20,000 nt of DNA from the IMG/VR virus record IMGVR_UViG_3300042934_000354; one strand, given 5' to 3'. The DNA comes from an uncultured virus (IMG/VR IMGVR_UViG_3300042934_000354). Its lineage: Duplodnaviria; Heunggongvirae; Uroviricota; Caudoviricetes. Under the pieces are notes generated by a model, which had not been told where the DNA came from, did no database searches, and saw nothing but the letters and a program-made list of their open reading frames with translations. Both the position numbers and the translations under genes were made by a program. How positions within the stretch are numbered: position 1 is the first letter of the stretch; every line of letters starts with the position of its first letter. Below are positions 1-6,992 of the stretch, one piece after another.

Positions 1-2
1 TG

Positions 3-533
3 CAGAAGCACCTGGTAAAGGCTACAGGCTTCAAGGATCGCGGCATTAACAAATACAACCTTGCAGTGACCAGGGAGACGACCATGGCCGCAGCGCTGAC
101 AGAGCCGGGCTATTTAAGCAACCCTGCGGAGGAACTGATATTGGTTTCCCCTGACTTCATCCCGCGCTATGCAGAGGCTGTAGCCCGGGGAGTATGCGAG
201 TATCTGGAAATCCAATATGAGGCTGTTCCATCAAATACAAACCCAGTTACCGTACGCATCGGCGGCCTGGACATTGAGCAGCCGGGTATTATCATCGATG
301 GCCGCAGCTGGGTACCGGCTAAGCTCACCTTAGGGATGTTGGGCTTCCTGCAATGGACCTTTTCAAACAAGACGATCTTAATCAACGGAACACCGGTGGA
401 GACCAAGATATACAACAATACCAGTTATATCCGATCTACGGACCTTATGACGCTCGGCCTAATCCGCAGCGTGTTTATGGAGCCGGACGCATCCAATCCA
501 AAAAGAGTATTGATCATTCCGAAGGAGGGGTAA
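3..533 (+). CDS. N-acetylmuramoyl-L-alanine amidase endolysin (Amidase_3), 5'-truncated, with C-terminal copper-amine-oxidase-N-like (stalk) cell-wall domain
   Basis: Frame is open from base 3: QKHLVKATGFKDRGINKYNLAVTRETTMAAALTEPGYLSNPAEE matches the Amidase_3 C-terminal motif (DRG...LAVLR...E.G(F/Y)LSN..E). IIIDGRSWVP resembles Paenibacillus stalk domains. Confidence 0.85.
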   Translation, partial: QKHLVKATGFKDRGINKYNLAVTRETTMAAALTEPGYLSNPAEELILVSPDFIPRYAEAVARGVCEYLEIQYEAVPSNTNPVTVRIGGLDIEQPGIIIDGRSWVPAKLTLGMLGFLQWTFSNKTILINGTPVETKIYNNTSYIRSTDLMTLGLIRSVFMEPDASNPKRVLIIPKEG

Positions 534-535
534 CA

Positions 536-895
536 ATGAAAGAAATTTGGGATCAAGTACAACCGCAGGTGGCTACTGTTGTGGTTACGCTTATAGGGAT
601 AGCGGCTACTGTAGCCCTCTCTCTGCTGGCCGTATTGCAAAGTAAGGTAAAGATCTGGTTAGCAAGTAAAACATCCCTAGCAGAGCGTGAGCTGATCCAC
701 AAGATCGCTTTAGAGGCTTATGCTTTTGCCGAAAAGGAGTTCAAAACTCTGGGCGGACCGACCAAGCTTTCAGAAGCTTATAACTACGCATCTAGATTGT
801 TAAACCAGTCCGGGATGCAAGTAGCGCCGGAAGAAATTAAAGCAGCAATCGAGAAAGCGGTGCTTGATTATAACCAGCCGAAAAAGTCCGCATGA
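536..895 (+). CDS. Phage holin, LL-H family-like
   Basis: ATG at 536 after RBS AAGGAGGGG. One N-terminal TM segment, then AYAFAEK...GPTKLSEA...IKAAIEKAV typical of LL-H holins. Directly follows the endolysin. Confidence 0.75.
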   Translation: MKEIWDQVQPQVATVVVTLIGIAATVALSLLAVLQSKVKIWLASKTSLAERELIHKIALEAYAFAEKEFKTLGGPTKLSEAYNYASRLLNQSGMQVAPEEIKAAIEKAVLDYNQPKKSA

Positions 896-900
896 CGAGT

Positions 901-929
901 AGGCCATCCTTAACCGGGTGGCCTTTTTT
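901..929 (+). terminator. Rho-independent terminator ending the lysis transcript
   Basis: AGGCCATCC-TTAACC-GGGTGGCCT stem (one G-U pair) followed by TTTTT, just after the holin stop. Confidence 0.85.
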
Positions 930-956
930 ACTTTATATATAGAAGAAAAACGCGTT

Positions 957-1010
957 ATCGTGTGCGTCTTGATATCTATGGATTACCGAAGATAACAAAC
1001 TACACACGAT
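957..1010. other. Candidate attP site of the serine integrase
   Basis: 54-bp imperfect inverted repeat. Arms 957-977 and 990-1010 match 16/21 (outer ATCGTGTG/CACACGAT perfect), centred on TT at 983-984, abutting the integrase stop codon. Confidence 0.75.
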
Positions 1011-2494
1011 TAATTGAAAATAACACTCTGAATGGATGCCGGAATGAACTTACCTTTTCGGGCATGTGCTTTCTCAAGAGGTGTGTATAACGTAATTTCT
1101 TTGAAGATATCCAGAATCATGTCGTGCTTATCCACATCGTCCATCTGGTCCCATACTTCCGGTAGGCCAAACAGGATTTCGTTCTGCTCTGCATAATCCT
1201 CTATGTGGACGTCCGGCATTTTTGCAAGCTCTGCCATCAGTAATTCCTCATTCTGCTTCTCATCAGCGTTGTGATCCCGCAGTTCCTCCTGAGAGATCAG
1301 ATCATCGGCGTACATGCGCTGCCACTTCTTGCGCCGGTCCCGGACCTTTTCAAGCTCCCTCGCCAAGTCCTTGCGCAGATCAACGACCGGATCTTCTTCT
1401 GCAGTTGCGGCCAGTTCCCGGATAGCTGAATAATCTGTGGATAACCTTTCACCAATCCATTCCAGCAGCAACGACTCCACTAACTCCTGGCGGAACATCG
1501 GCATGGTGCATCCTTTCCCCGTCTGCCGGCCGGAACAGATATAGGATAGGATCTTATTGTAGCTGCCATCCTGGCGTTTGTTCTGGTGGTACCGTCCGGA
1601 CATCTTGCCCCCGCACTTGCTGCACTTCAGCACACCGGAGAACCAGTATTCCCGAACCTTTGAGTGTCCGGTGAATGATCGGCGCTTCATTTCTTCCTTA
1701 TGTTCCAAATACTCTTCCCAGGTAAAGGTTAAATCCTGTGGACCATCCACAATCAGCACATCCACTTGCTCTTCCATCTTGCGATTTGTGTACTTGCCGT
1801 TTGCTTTCTTGGACCCATATCTCCGTTTACCGGCATAGTAAGGGTTGTCCAGTACATACCAAACGCTGAAGGATGTCCACCGATACCCGCGCCGAAGCAG
1901 TCCCATATCGTTCAGTTTGGTTGCCACTCCCTTTAACCCCAATCCCTCCAGGTAAAATTTCCTGACCAGCCTATTCTGTGTATATTCCTCTTGGACAAGC
2001 TTTTCATTCTTGTCATACCCGAAGTTAACCGGACCGCCCGGCCGCCGTCCCTCGTGCACCATTTGCTCCATACCCATGCGTACACGCTCTGCCGTGTTCT
2101 CACGCTCCCACTGAGCGATGTCGGCCACGAGGCGGATAAATAGTCTACCTGTCGCCGTGCGCGTCTCAAACGACTCCGTACAGCTCTGAAACTTGACATT
2201 GTGGGACTCGAACATCTTAATAAGATTGTCACAGTCACTGGCGGACCGGGTCATGCGGTCAAGCTTGTACACGAGCACCACGTCAAAAGCATGTATCTCC
2301 ACGTCTTTGATCATACGCTGCATCTCAGGGCGCTTCAGATCCTTCGCGGACCATCCATCATCAATGTATACATCTGATACTTCCCAGTCCTGAGAATCGG
2401 CGTAGGCCAGCAGACGGCGCTTCTGTGCGTCAATCGAGAAACCTTCAGCTGCTTGCTCGTCCGTGGATACCCGGATGTATATACCTGCTTTCAC
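1010..2494 (-). CDS. int: Large serine recombinase (phage integrase)
   Basis: YIRVSTDEQ catalytic motif, VYKLDRMTRS, recombinase domain, zinc ribbon (CSKC...YIC...C), coiled coil. 494 aa, GTG start with AGGAGT RBS. Confidence 0.96.
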   Translation of the reverse strand: MKAGIYIRVSTDEQAAEGFSIDAQKRRLLAYADSQDWEVSDVYIDDGWSAKDLKRPEMQRMIKDVEIHAFDVVLVYKLDRMTRSASDCDNLIKMFESHNVKFQSCTESFETRTATGRLFIRLVADIAQWERENTAERVRMGMEQMVHEGRRPGGPVNFGYDKNEKLVQEEYTQNRLVRKFYLEGLGLKGVATKLNDMGLLRRGYRWTSFSVWYVLDNPYYAGKRRYGSKKANGKYTNRKMEEQVDVLIVDGPQDLTFTWEEYLEHKEEMKRRSFTGHSKVREYWFSGVLKCSKCGGKMSGRYHQNKRQDGSYNKILSYICSGRQTGKGCTMPMFRQELVESLLLEWIGERLSTDYSAIRELAATAEEDPVVDLRKDLARELEKVRDRRKKWQRMYADDLISQEELRDHNADEKQNEELLMAELAKMPDVHIEDYAEQNEILFGLPEVWDQMDDVDKHDMILDIFKEITLYTPLEKAHARKGKFIPASIQSVIFN

Positions 2495-2544
2495 TAGATC
2501 ACTCCTTAACTCTATCTATGTCTGTATTGTAGGGGAGGGGTAAC

Positions 2545-2571
2545 AAAAAGACCATACTAATAGAGGTATGG
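2545..2571 (-). terminator. Putative terminator upstream of the integrase
   Basis: Minus strand reads CCATAC-CTCTATTA-GTATGG followed by TCTTTTT. Confidence 0.45.
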
Positions 2572-2598
2572 AATATTTCCCCTGTCATATTTTGTGGA

Positions 2599-2627
2599 AT
2601 GATAACTTTATCGCAATAAAGTATGAT
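2599..2627 (+). promoter_or_regulatory. Putative sigmaA promoter of the LytTR gene with a palindromic operator in its spacer
   Basis: ATGATA-17bp-TATGAT. The spacer is filled by the palindrome ACTTTAT-CGCA-ATAAAGT (2605-2622). Confidence 0.5.
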
Positions 2628-2662
2628 TTAACTACCCACGTTTTGGGTAGGAGGGTGACATC

Positions 2663-2995
2663 ATGAAATTACTAACAGTGCGAATGAACGATCGAAAGGG
2701 AGACGAAACAGATTTTGTTGAGTTAGATATTGGAGACGTAGATTACATTAATGTATGGCACCGCACAAAAAACTCTTATGGAGTACCCGCATTCCATACT
2801 TTTTACGGATCTTACATCTGTCTTTGTAACTTGGGAGATTTAGGAAAAGCCCTTAAACATTTAGGATTTGAACCAATGGATCAATCGACTATCATCAATA
2901 CAAAAAATGTCCAACAAGTAAAGTCAATTGATAATAATGGATCAGTAATTAAATTTGTCAGCGGATTGAAAGTTCGGATACGCAAGCATATTTGA
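2663..2995 (+). CDS. Stand-alone LytTR-family DNA-binding domain protein
   Basis: 110 aa. Pattern LDIGDVDYI...FHT..GSY...LGDL..AL..LGFEPMDQSTIINTKNVQ parallels the LytTR F.R.HRS.IVN...I motif. Strong RBS AGGAGGGTG. No receiver domain. Confidence 0.75.
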   Translation: MKLLTVRMNDRKGDETDFVELDIGDVDYINVWHRTKNSYGVPAFHTFYGSYICLCNLGDLGKALKHLGFEPMDQSTIINTKNVQQVKSIDNNGSVIKFVSGLKVRIRKHI

Positions 2996-3000
2996 TATGT

Positions 3001-3039
3001 GATTGTCAACCCCTCCACTGTTGTTGGACGGGTACAATC
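3001..3039 (+). terminator. Interrupted hairpin after the LytTR gene (possible terminator or stabiliser)
   Basis: GATTGT/ACAATC, ACCC/GGGT and TCCA/TGGA stems around a 7-nt loop. No clear U tract. Confidence 0.4.
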
Positions 3040-3151
3040 GTTCGACCTCGTTCGACAGCGTTTTCATAAATAGAGTGATATATTAACGACATAAAGTAAT
3101 TAGTACTAAAGGGCAGGTGATTATTGCAGAATTATGTATTATGATTGTTTG

Positions 3152-3173
3152 TAGTACTCCGTACGGAGTACTA
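3152..3173. repeat. Perfect 22-bp palindrome
   Basis: TAGTACTCCGTACGGAGTACTA equals its own reverse complement. Confidence 0.95.
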
Positions 3174-3208
3174 ACAACCGGGTCGGAGCAGCTGAATGCC
3201 GCTCAAGC

Positions 3209-3421
3209 CTACTGTTTATTAAAGTCATAGAGATCATCGATGTAGCAACCCAATGCCACGGCAATTGTTTTCGCAGTAGCGAGAGACATTACCTTCCGAT
3301 TATTCGCGTAATCAGATATTTGGGCCTTTGGCATATTTAATTCACCGGCTAGCCATTGTTGATTCTGCCTGATTTCTCTAAGTCTTTTCTTCAGTAGGCA
3401 ACGACCAGGTACATAACCCAT
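3209..3421 (-). CDS. Small XRE/Cro-C1 helix-turn-helix regulator
   Basis: LKKRLREIRQNQQWLAGELNMPKAQISDYANNRKVMSLATAKTIAVALGCYIDDLY is an HTH_3 pattern. RBS AGGTGA. Confidence 0.88.
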   Translation of the reverse strand: MGYVPGRCLLKKRLREIRQNQQWLAGELNMPKAQISDYANNRKVMSLATAKTIAVALGCYIDDLYDFNKQ

Positions 3422-3454
3422 GTCGATGTCACCTATATTTTTTTATTTAAAATA

Positions 3455-3468
3455 CGAACATACATTCC
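3455..3468. promoter_or_regulatory. LexA/DinR (Cheo) SOS box
   Basis: CGAACATACATTCC vs the Bacillus consensus CGAACRNRYGTTYC: one mismatch. Lies between divergent genes. Confidence 0.7.
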
Positions 3469-3493
3469 GTAATGCCCAGTGATGTGGTAATAT
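3465..3493 (+). promoter_or_regulatory. Extended -10 promoter overlapping the SOS box
   Basis: TTCCGT-17bp-TAATAT with TGTG-G (TRTGn) immediately before the -10. Confidence 0.55.
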
Positions 3494-3533
3494 TAACGGA
3501 TCATCGCTGTAAAAACTCTAAGGGGTTGTTTCA

Positions 3534-3704
3534 ATGGACAAGGTAAAGATGGACATAACAAGACAAACGTTGGAAGAGCTAGGAGTACGGACAAGCCGCA
3601 TATTGCAAGGTATTGAATCAATGAGCCCCCTGGACATGAAGCCTGAGTACATTAAAGCTTATCTTCTTTTGCGCCTTGAACCGCAGGAACTTGTTTCTTC
3701 ATAG
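3534..3704 (+). CDS. 56-aa hypothetical protein (not in ORF track); candidate SOS-induced antirepressor or RDF
   Basis: RBS AAGGGG then ATG: MDKVKMDITRQTLEELGVRTSRILQGIESMSPLDMKPEYIKAYLLLRLEPQELVSS. Lies downstream of the SOS-box promoter and overlaps the repressor 3' end by 53 bp. Confidence 0.6.
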   Translation: MDKVKMDITRQTLEELGVRTSRILQGIESMSPLDMKPEYIKAYLLLRLEPQELVSS

Positions 3705-4071
3705 ACCGTTCGGCCCTGACCAGTGCAATAAACCTTCTTACGTCTTCGTCATCCAACTTTATCCCATCCACGATAAAGTCCATTTTTGCTATGATCTCTT
3801 CATCTGTAAGGTCCAAGGAATCAATTAAAACCCGGGATGGTTCCGACAGGACCTGCTCTGGGTTTTCTGTTCTTCCCTGTAAGTAATCAACTGAACAATT
3901 AAAATAATCGGCTATTTTATTCATTCGCTCTTTTCTTGGGTCTCCATTATTTGATTCATATCTTCTTATTGAAGATGCTGGCACATCTAATGCTGCTGCA
4001 AGTTCCTCTTGAGTAAGTCCTCTCCTTTCCCTAAGTTCTTTCAATATTTCCTTAAATGGTCTATTAGGCAA
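3652..4071 (-). CDS. CI-like phage repressor (XRE HTH, no S24 peptidase domain)
   Basis: Likely TTG start at 4071, 8 nt after AGGAG. LKELRERRGLTQEELAAALDVPASSIRRYESN...IADYFNCSVDYLQGRT. Divergent from a cro-like gene. 139 aa. Confidence 0.9.
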   Translation of the reverse strand: MPNRPFKEILKELRERRGLTQEELAAALDVPASSIRRYESNNGDPRKERMNKIADYFNCSVDYLQGRTENPEQVLSEPSRVLIDSLDLTDEEIIAKMDFIVDGIKLDDEDVRRFIALVRAERSMKKQVPAVQGAKEDKL

Positions 4072-4110
4072 TTTAACCACTCCTTGTATTTGTTTTAATA
4101 TTACAGCAAA

Positions 4111-4212
4111 ATGCTCGTATAATAAACGTTTGAAAATCGAGCTAAAAAGTATTGACACGCTCGATAAACGAGCATATAATAAACCCATAAGCAACGCTCG
4201 ATAAACGAGCAT
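4111..4212. promoter_or_regulatory. Operator cluster of the immunity switch (GCTCG-N5-CGAGC)
   Basis: Two identical 19-mers ACGCTCGATAAACGAGCAT (4157-4175, 4194-4212) and two degenerate copies (4111-4129, 4126-4144). Confidence 0.88.
4152..4180 (+). promoter_or_regulatory. Lytic early promoter, perfect sigmaA consensus
   Basis: TTGACA(4152-4157)-17bp-TATAAT(4175-4180). An operator fills the spacer. Confidence 0.93.
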
Positions 4213-4231
4213 GAAGAAAGGGGGTTTAACA

Positions 4232-4471
4232 GTGACTAAAAAAAATCTAGTACCGTTAACGAGTTTAATCAATGCTCGCAAGGAAATGAAGCTAACTCAA
4301 GAAGAGTTGGCGACACTTGCTGGCATATCAAGAGCATTAATTAGTAACATTGAAAGGGGAGAATATAACCCTTCATTGCATGTTGCATATCGCATATCTC
4401 GAACATTAAAAAAACCAATTGAACAGATTTTTTTTAATTCAAACGCTCGAAAAACGAACATTTCAGCATAA
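4232..4471 (+). CDS. Cro-like XRE HTH regulator
   Basis: GTG at 4232 after AAAGGGGG. LINARKEMKLTQEELATLAGISRALISNIERGEYNPSL HTH. First gene of the rightward operon. Confidence 0.9.
   Translation: MTKKNLVPLTSLINARKEMKLTQEELATLAGISRALISNIERGEYNPSLHVAYRISRTLKKPIEQIFFNSNARKTNISA
4443..4461. promoter_or_regulatory. Distal operator in the 3' end of cro
   Basis: ACGCTCGAAAAACGAACAT matches the main operator at 17/19 positions. Confidence 0.75.
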
Positions 4472-4485
4472 AGGAGAGGTTATGT

Positions 4486-5307
4486 ATGAACCAACTCAGG
4501 ATCGTAAGTAAAGGTGGTAAGTTGCTCGCTGATAGTAGGGAAATCGCTTTAATGATTGGCAAAAGACATGACAATTTGCTAAGGGATGTGGATTTTTACG
4601 TTTCTGTTCTTAATGAATCAACCTCCTCAGATTTGAGGGCGTTAACCGGACCAGATTTGGACCCGTTGAACTTCTTCATTGAGGAGACATACATCGACTC
4701 CAAAGGTGAAGAACGAAGACGGTATGACATAACAAAAAAAGGCTGCGACATGGTAGCTAACAAAATGACTGGAGCTAAAGGAGTTCTCTTCACCGCAACT
4801 TATGTAACTCGCTTTGAAGAGATGGAACGTAAATTGCTGAATCCTGAAACTCCGTCATACATGATTCCTGATCCTGTAGAACGTGCAAAGAAATGGATTG
4901 CTGAGGAAGAGACACGTCAGAATCTTGAATCTAAAACACTTCTGCTGGAACAACAATTATCAGAAATAGAACCTAAACTTACTTACCTCGATAAAATACT
5001 AACTTCTAAAGGGACAATTACCATTACTCAGATTGCAAAGGACTACGGATTATCCGGATCAGCACTCAACAAGATACTCCATGAAGAAAGAATACAATAC
5101 AAGGTCAACAAACAATGGGTTCTTTACACCAAATATACAAATAAAGGATTAACCCAGTCAGAAACTATTGACATTAAAAGAAGCAACGGAGAGCCAGACG
5201 TGACAATGAATACCCGATGGACACAAAAAGGACGGCTATTCATACACGAAATAATGACTAAACGTGGAATTATCGCATTCATGGATAGAGAAAGCTTGGG
5301 TGCATAA
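4486..5307 (+). CDS. Rha-family regulator / KilAC (ANT) antirepressor fusion
   Basis: N-terminal DSREIALMIGKRHDNLLRDV...YDITKKGCDMVANKMTGAKG (Rha). C-terminal ITITQIAKDYGLSGSALNKIL...TRWTQKGRLFI (KilAC). Confidence 0.9.
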   Translation: MNQLRIVSKGGKLLADSREIALMIGKRHDNLLRDVDFYVSVLNESTSSDLRALTGPDLDPLNFFIEETYIDSKGEERRRYDITKKGCDMVANKMTGAKGVLFTATYVTRFEEMERKLLNPETPSYMIPDPVERAKKWIAEEETRQNLESKTLLLEQQLSEIEPKLTYLDKILTSKGTITITQIAKDYGLSGSALNKILHEERIQYKVNKQWVLYTKYTNKGLTQSETIDIKRSNGEPDVTMNTRWTQKGRLFIHEIMTKRGIIAFMDRESLGA

Positions 5308-5308
5308 A

Positions 5309-5743
5309 GTGAGTGAATTAAACCCATACGAGAGCATGATCAAATTCGGACGAATACTTGTTGGTGCACCTAATGTTGATATGGCAGAACAAAAACCTGA
5401 ATTAATAATTCATTTTGTGAAATTGGTCGAAAAGGATCTGCTGTTCAAGCCAATAGATGATTTCTTCTTATTATTCCCTCCAATTAAAAGATATAAGGAT
5501 GACGGCTCATGGGATTACTTCTCGACTCAAAAGATGAGAGAGGAAAAGCTAGGAACACATTTCGGAAAAGGTGATCTTGCTCATTTGCTTATGACTACTT
5601 GTTACGAGAATAAGTTCATTCAAGCTCTAGGGGACGCACTTATTGAATCCATAACGAACATGCACAGGAACACAACTGGTAGAAGTTTGATGATGGACTT
5701 TCTCGCACAGAACGGAGCTAAGTTCACGTTTATACCAGATTGA
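5309..5743 (+). CDS. Hypothetical phage protein
   Basis: Long ORF directly after the Rha gene. GTG at 5309 (alternative 5300). Confidence 0.7.
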   Translation: MSELNPYESMIKFGRILVGAPNVDMAEQKPELIIHFVKLVEKDLLFKPIDDFFLLFPPIKRYKDDGSWDYFSTQKMREEKLGTHFGKGDLAHLLMTTCYENKFIQALGDALIESITNMHRNTTGRSLMMDFLAQNGAKFTFIPD

Positions 5744-5811
5744 TTACTAGTATCAATTATATACCGACACCAATCGACTTAAAAGGATAAAACTTCCAAG
5801 GAGGCTACAGC

Positions 5812-5955
5812 ATGAAACTGCAACCACAAGGCAAAAACCCTGGACTATCACCGCAGGCTTGGTACAAATTGCACGTGAGATTAGCGCGGATGAACTTGAA
5901 GTACCGGAAGCAGCTGATGGAGGCATACGTGAAAGGGGAGAAGAAAGTTGGATAA
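5812..5955 (+). CDS. 47-aa basic hypothetical protein (not in ORF track)
   Basis: RBS AAGGAGG, MKLQPQGKNPGLSPQAWYKLHVRLARMNLKYRKQLMEAYVKGEKKVG. Confidence 0.7.
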   Translation: MKLQPQGKNPGLSPQAWYKLHVRLARMNLKYRKQLMEAYVKGEKKVG

Positions 5956-6076
5956 CAAAAGCACACTTATACAGTTGATCGATTACTGGCTGGATACGGC
6001 TGAGGACTCAGAGATCCTTGCAGACCGCATCATTAAACAGTTGGGCCTAACCGACATCCAAGAAGTGGAGGTGTAA
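5948..6076 (+). CDS. 42-aa acidic hypothetical protein (not in ORF track)
   Basis: TTG start after AAAGGGGAG, MDNKSTLIQLIDYWLDTAEDSEILADRIIKQLGLTDIQEVEV. Fills the gap between coupled genes. Confidence 0.6.
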   Translation: MDNKSTLIQLIDYWLDTAEDSEILADRIIKQLGLTDIQEVEV

Positions 6077-6077
6077 C

Positions 6078-6344
6078 ATGATCGAACTGGCCCTATTACC
6101 GGCACACGAGAGGTTGGCTGAGCTGCACATGATATCCAAGAAACGCAAACTCAGAAAGTCGGAGCAAACGGAACTGGATCAATGCATGGAGCTTAACGCT
6201 AAGGTCATGATTGAGATCGGATATATCAAAAACGAATCACAAATGTCCCACAAGATTGACGATGTGGAATGGCAGCACGACATCTGCGCCCGGATCGAGG
6301 CAGTAAGCAAGAAATTCATTCGAGGGGGAATATACAGTGGCTAA
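6078..6344 (+). CDS. Hypothetical phage protein
   Basis: RBS GGAGGTG, 88 aa, coupled to neighbours. Confidence 0.75.
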   Translation: MIELALLPAHERLAELHMISKKRKLRKSEQTELDQCMELNAKVMIEIGYIKNESQMSHKIDDVEWQHDICARIEAVSKKFIRGGIYSG

Positions 6345-6549
6345 GAAGCAATCGGAGATTCGGAAATTCACATCGGTGTACACCTTCAAAATTCCAAATG
6401 AGCCTAAATGCGGCTGCGGACGTGACGCAGAGTACGAGGTATACGATCACCACGAGCCACATTGTCAATCCTGCATGCTTGAGGCGGTAGATTGCCAGAT
6501 CCCGGTGATGGTGCGGAGACTTGAAGGAGGGTTTGACGATGCAAGCTGA
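6337..6549 (+). CDS. Small Cys/His-rich (putative Zn-binding) protein
   Basis: GTG after GAGGGGG. Motif CGCG...HCQSC. Confidence 0.7.
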   Translation: MAKKQSEIRKFTSVYTFKIPNEPKCGCGRDAEYEVYDHHEPHCQSCMLEAVDCQIPVMVRRLEGGFDDAS

Positions 6550-6751
6550 TACAGAGTTCATCGTAGATACAGAGTGCGGCCGGCACTTCTGTTGGTCGGC
6601 TCCGGACTATGAATACTTGGTGCGGAAGATACACGACCGGGGATACAAAGCAACGTTCATCAAACCCTACGAGGAATACCTTGCTGAAATGGAACTTGCT
6701 GCTGAGTTTATGAAACGCGAAGAGGAAAGAGAGCTGAAAGAATCTGCTTAA
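6539..6751 (+). CDS. Hypothetical protein
   Basis: ATG at 6539 after AAGGAGGG, 70 aa. Confidence 0.7.
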   Translation: MQADTEFIVDTECGRHFCWSAPDYEYLVRKIHDRGYKATFIKPYEEYLAEMELAAEFMKREEERELKESA

Positions 6752-6798
6752 GACGGTACTGGACATAATCGAACATTACGGGAAGGAGACGAAGGAGG

Positions 6799-6951
6799 AT
6801 GATCCCACAGGACCGGACACTATACCTGGAACTGGCGAAGCAGAGGCCGAATGATAAACGCTGGGTGAGGACGTGCTTTAAGAACTACGCAAGGGTGCTA
6901 AAAAGAGAATGGGCAGCCGTTGGAGGGCCACCCATGTCAGTTGCTTTATAA
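6799..6951 (+). CDS. 50-aa hypothetical protein (not in ORF track)
   Basis: Purine-rich RBS GGAAGGAG, MIPQDRTLYLELAKQRPNDKRWVRTCFKNYARVLKREWAAVGGPPMSVAL. Confidence 0.55.
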   Translation: MIPQDRTLYLELAKQRPNDKRWVRTCFKNYARVLKREWAAVGGPPMSVAL

Positions 6952-6958
6952 AATTCAC
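6900..6958 (-). ncRNA. Candidate ~60-nt antisense RNA
   Basis: Minus-strand promoter TTGATC(6993-6988)-17bp-TAGAAT(6970-6965) with TGn, followed by a 10-bp hairpin (6935-6909) and TCTCTTTTT. Confidence 0.55.
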
Positions 6959-6992
6959 AAATTAATTCTACCACGGAAAGGGTGAGTGATCA

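Noticed and set aside
353..535. N-terminal extension of the holin ORF
   Set aside because: Overlaps the amidase. A strong RBS supports ATG 536.
2663..3230. Arbitrium or complete agr system
   Set aside because: No TPR-containing AimR-like receptor, no AgrB or kinase, and the 37-aa ORF lacks a typical signal peptide or AgrD motif.
4072..4281. N-terminal extension of the repressor ORF
   Set aside because: Runs across the operators, promoter and cro start. The RBS supports TTG 4071.
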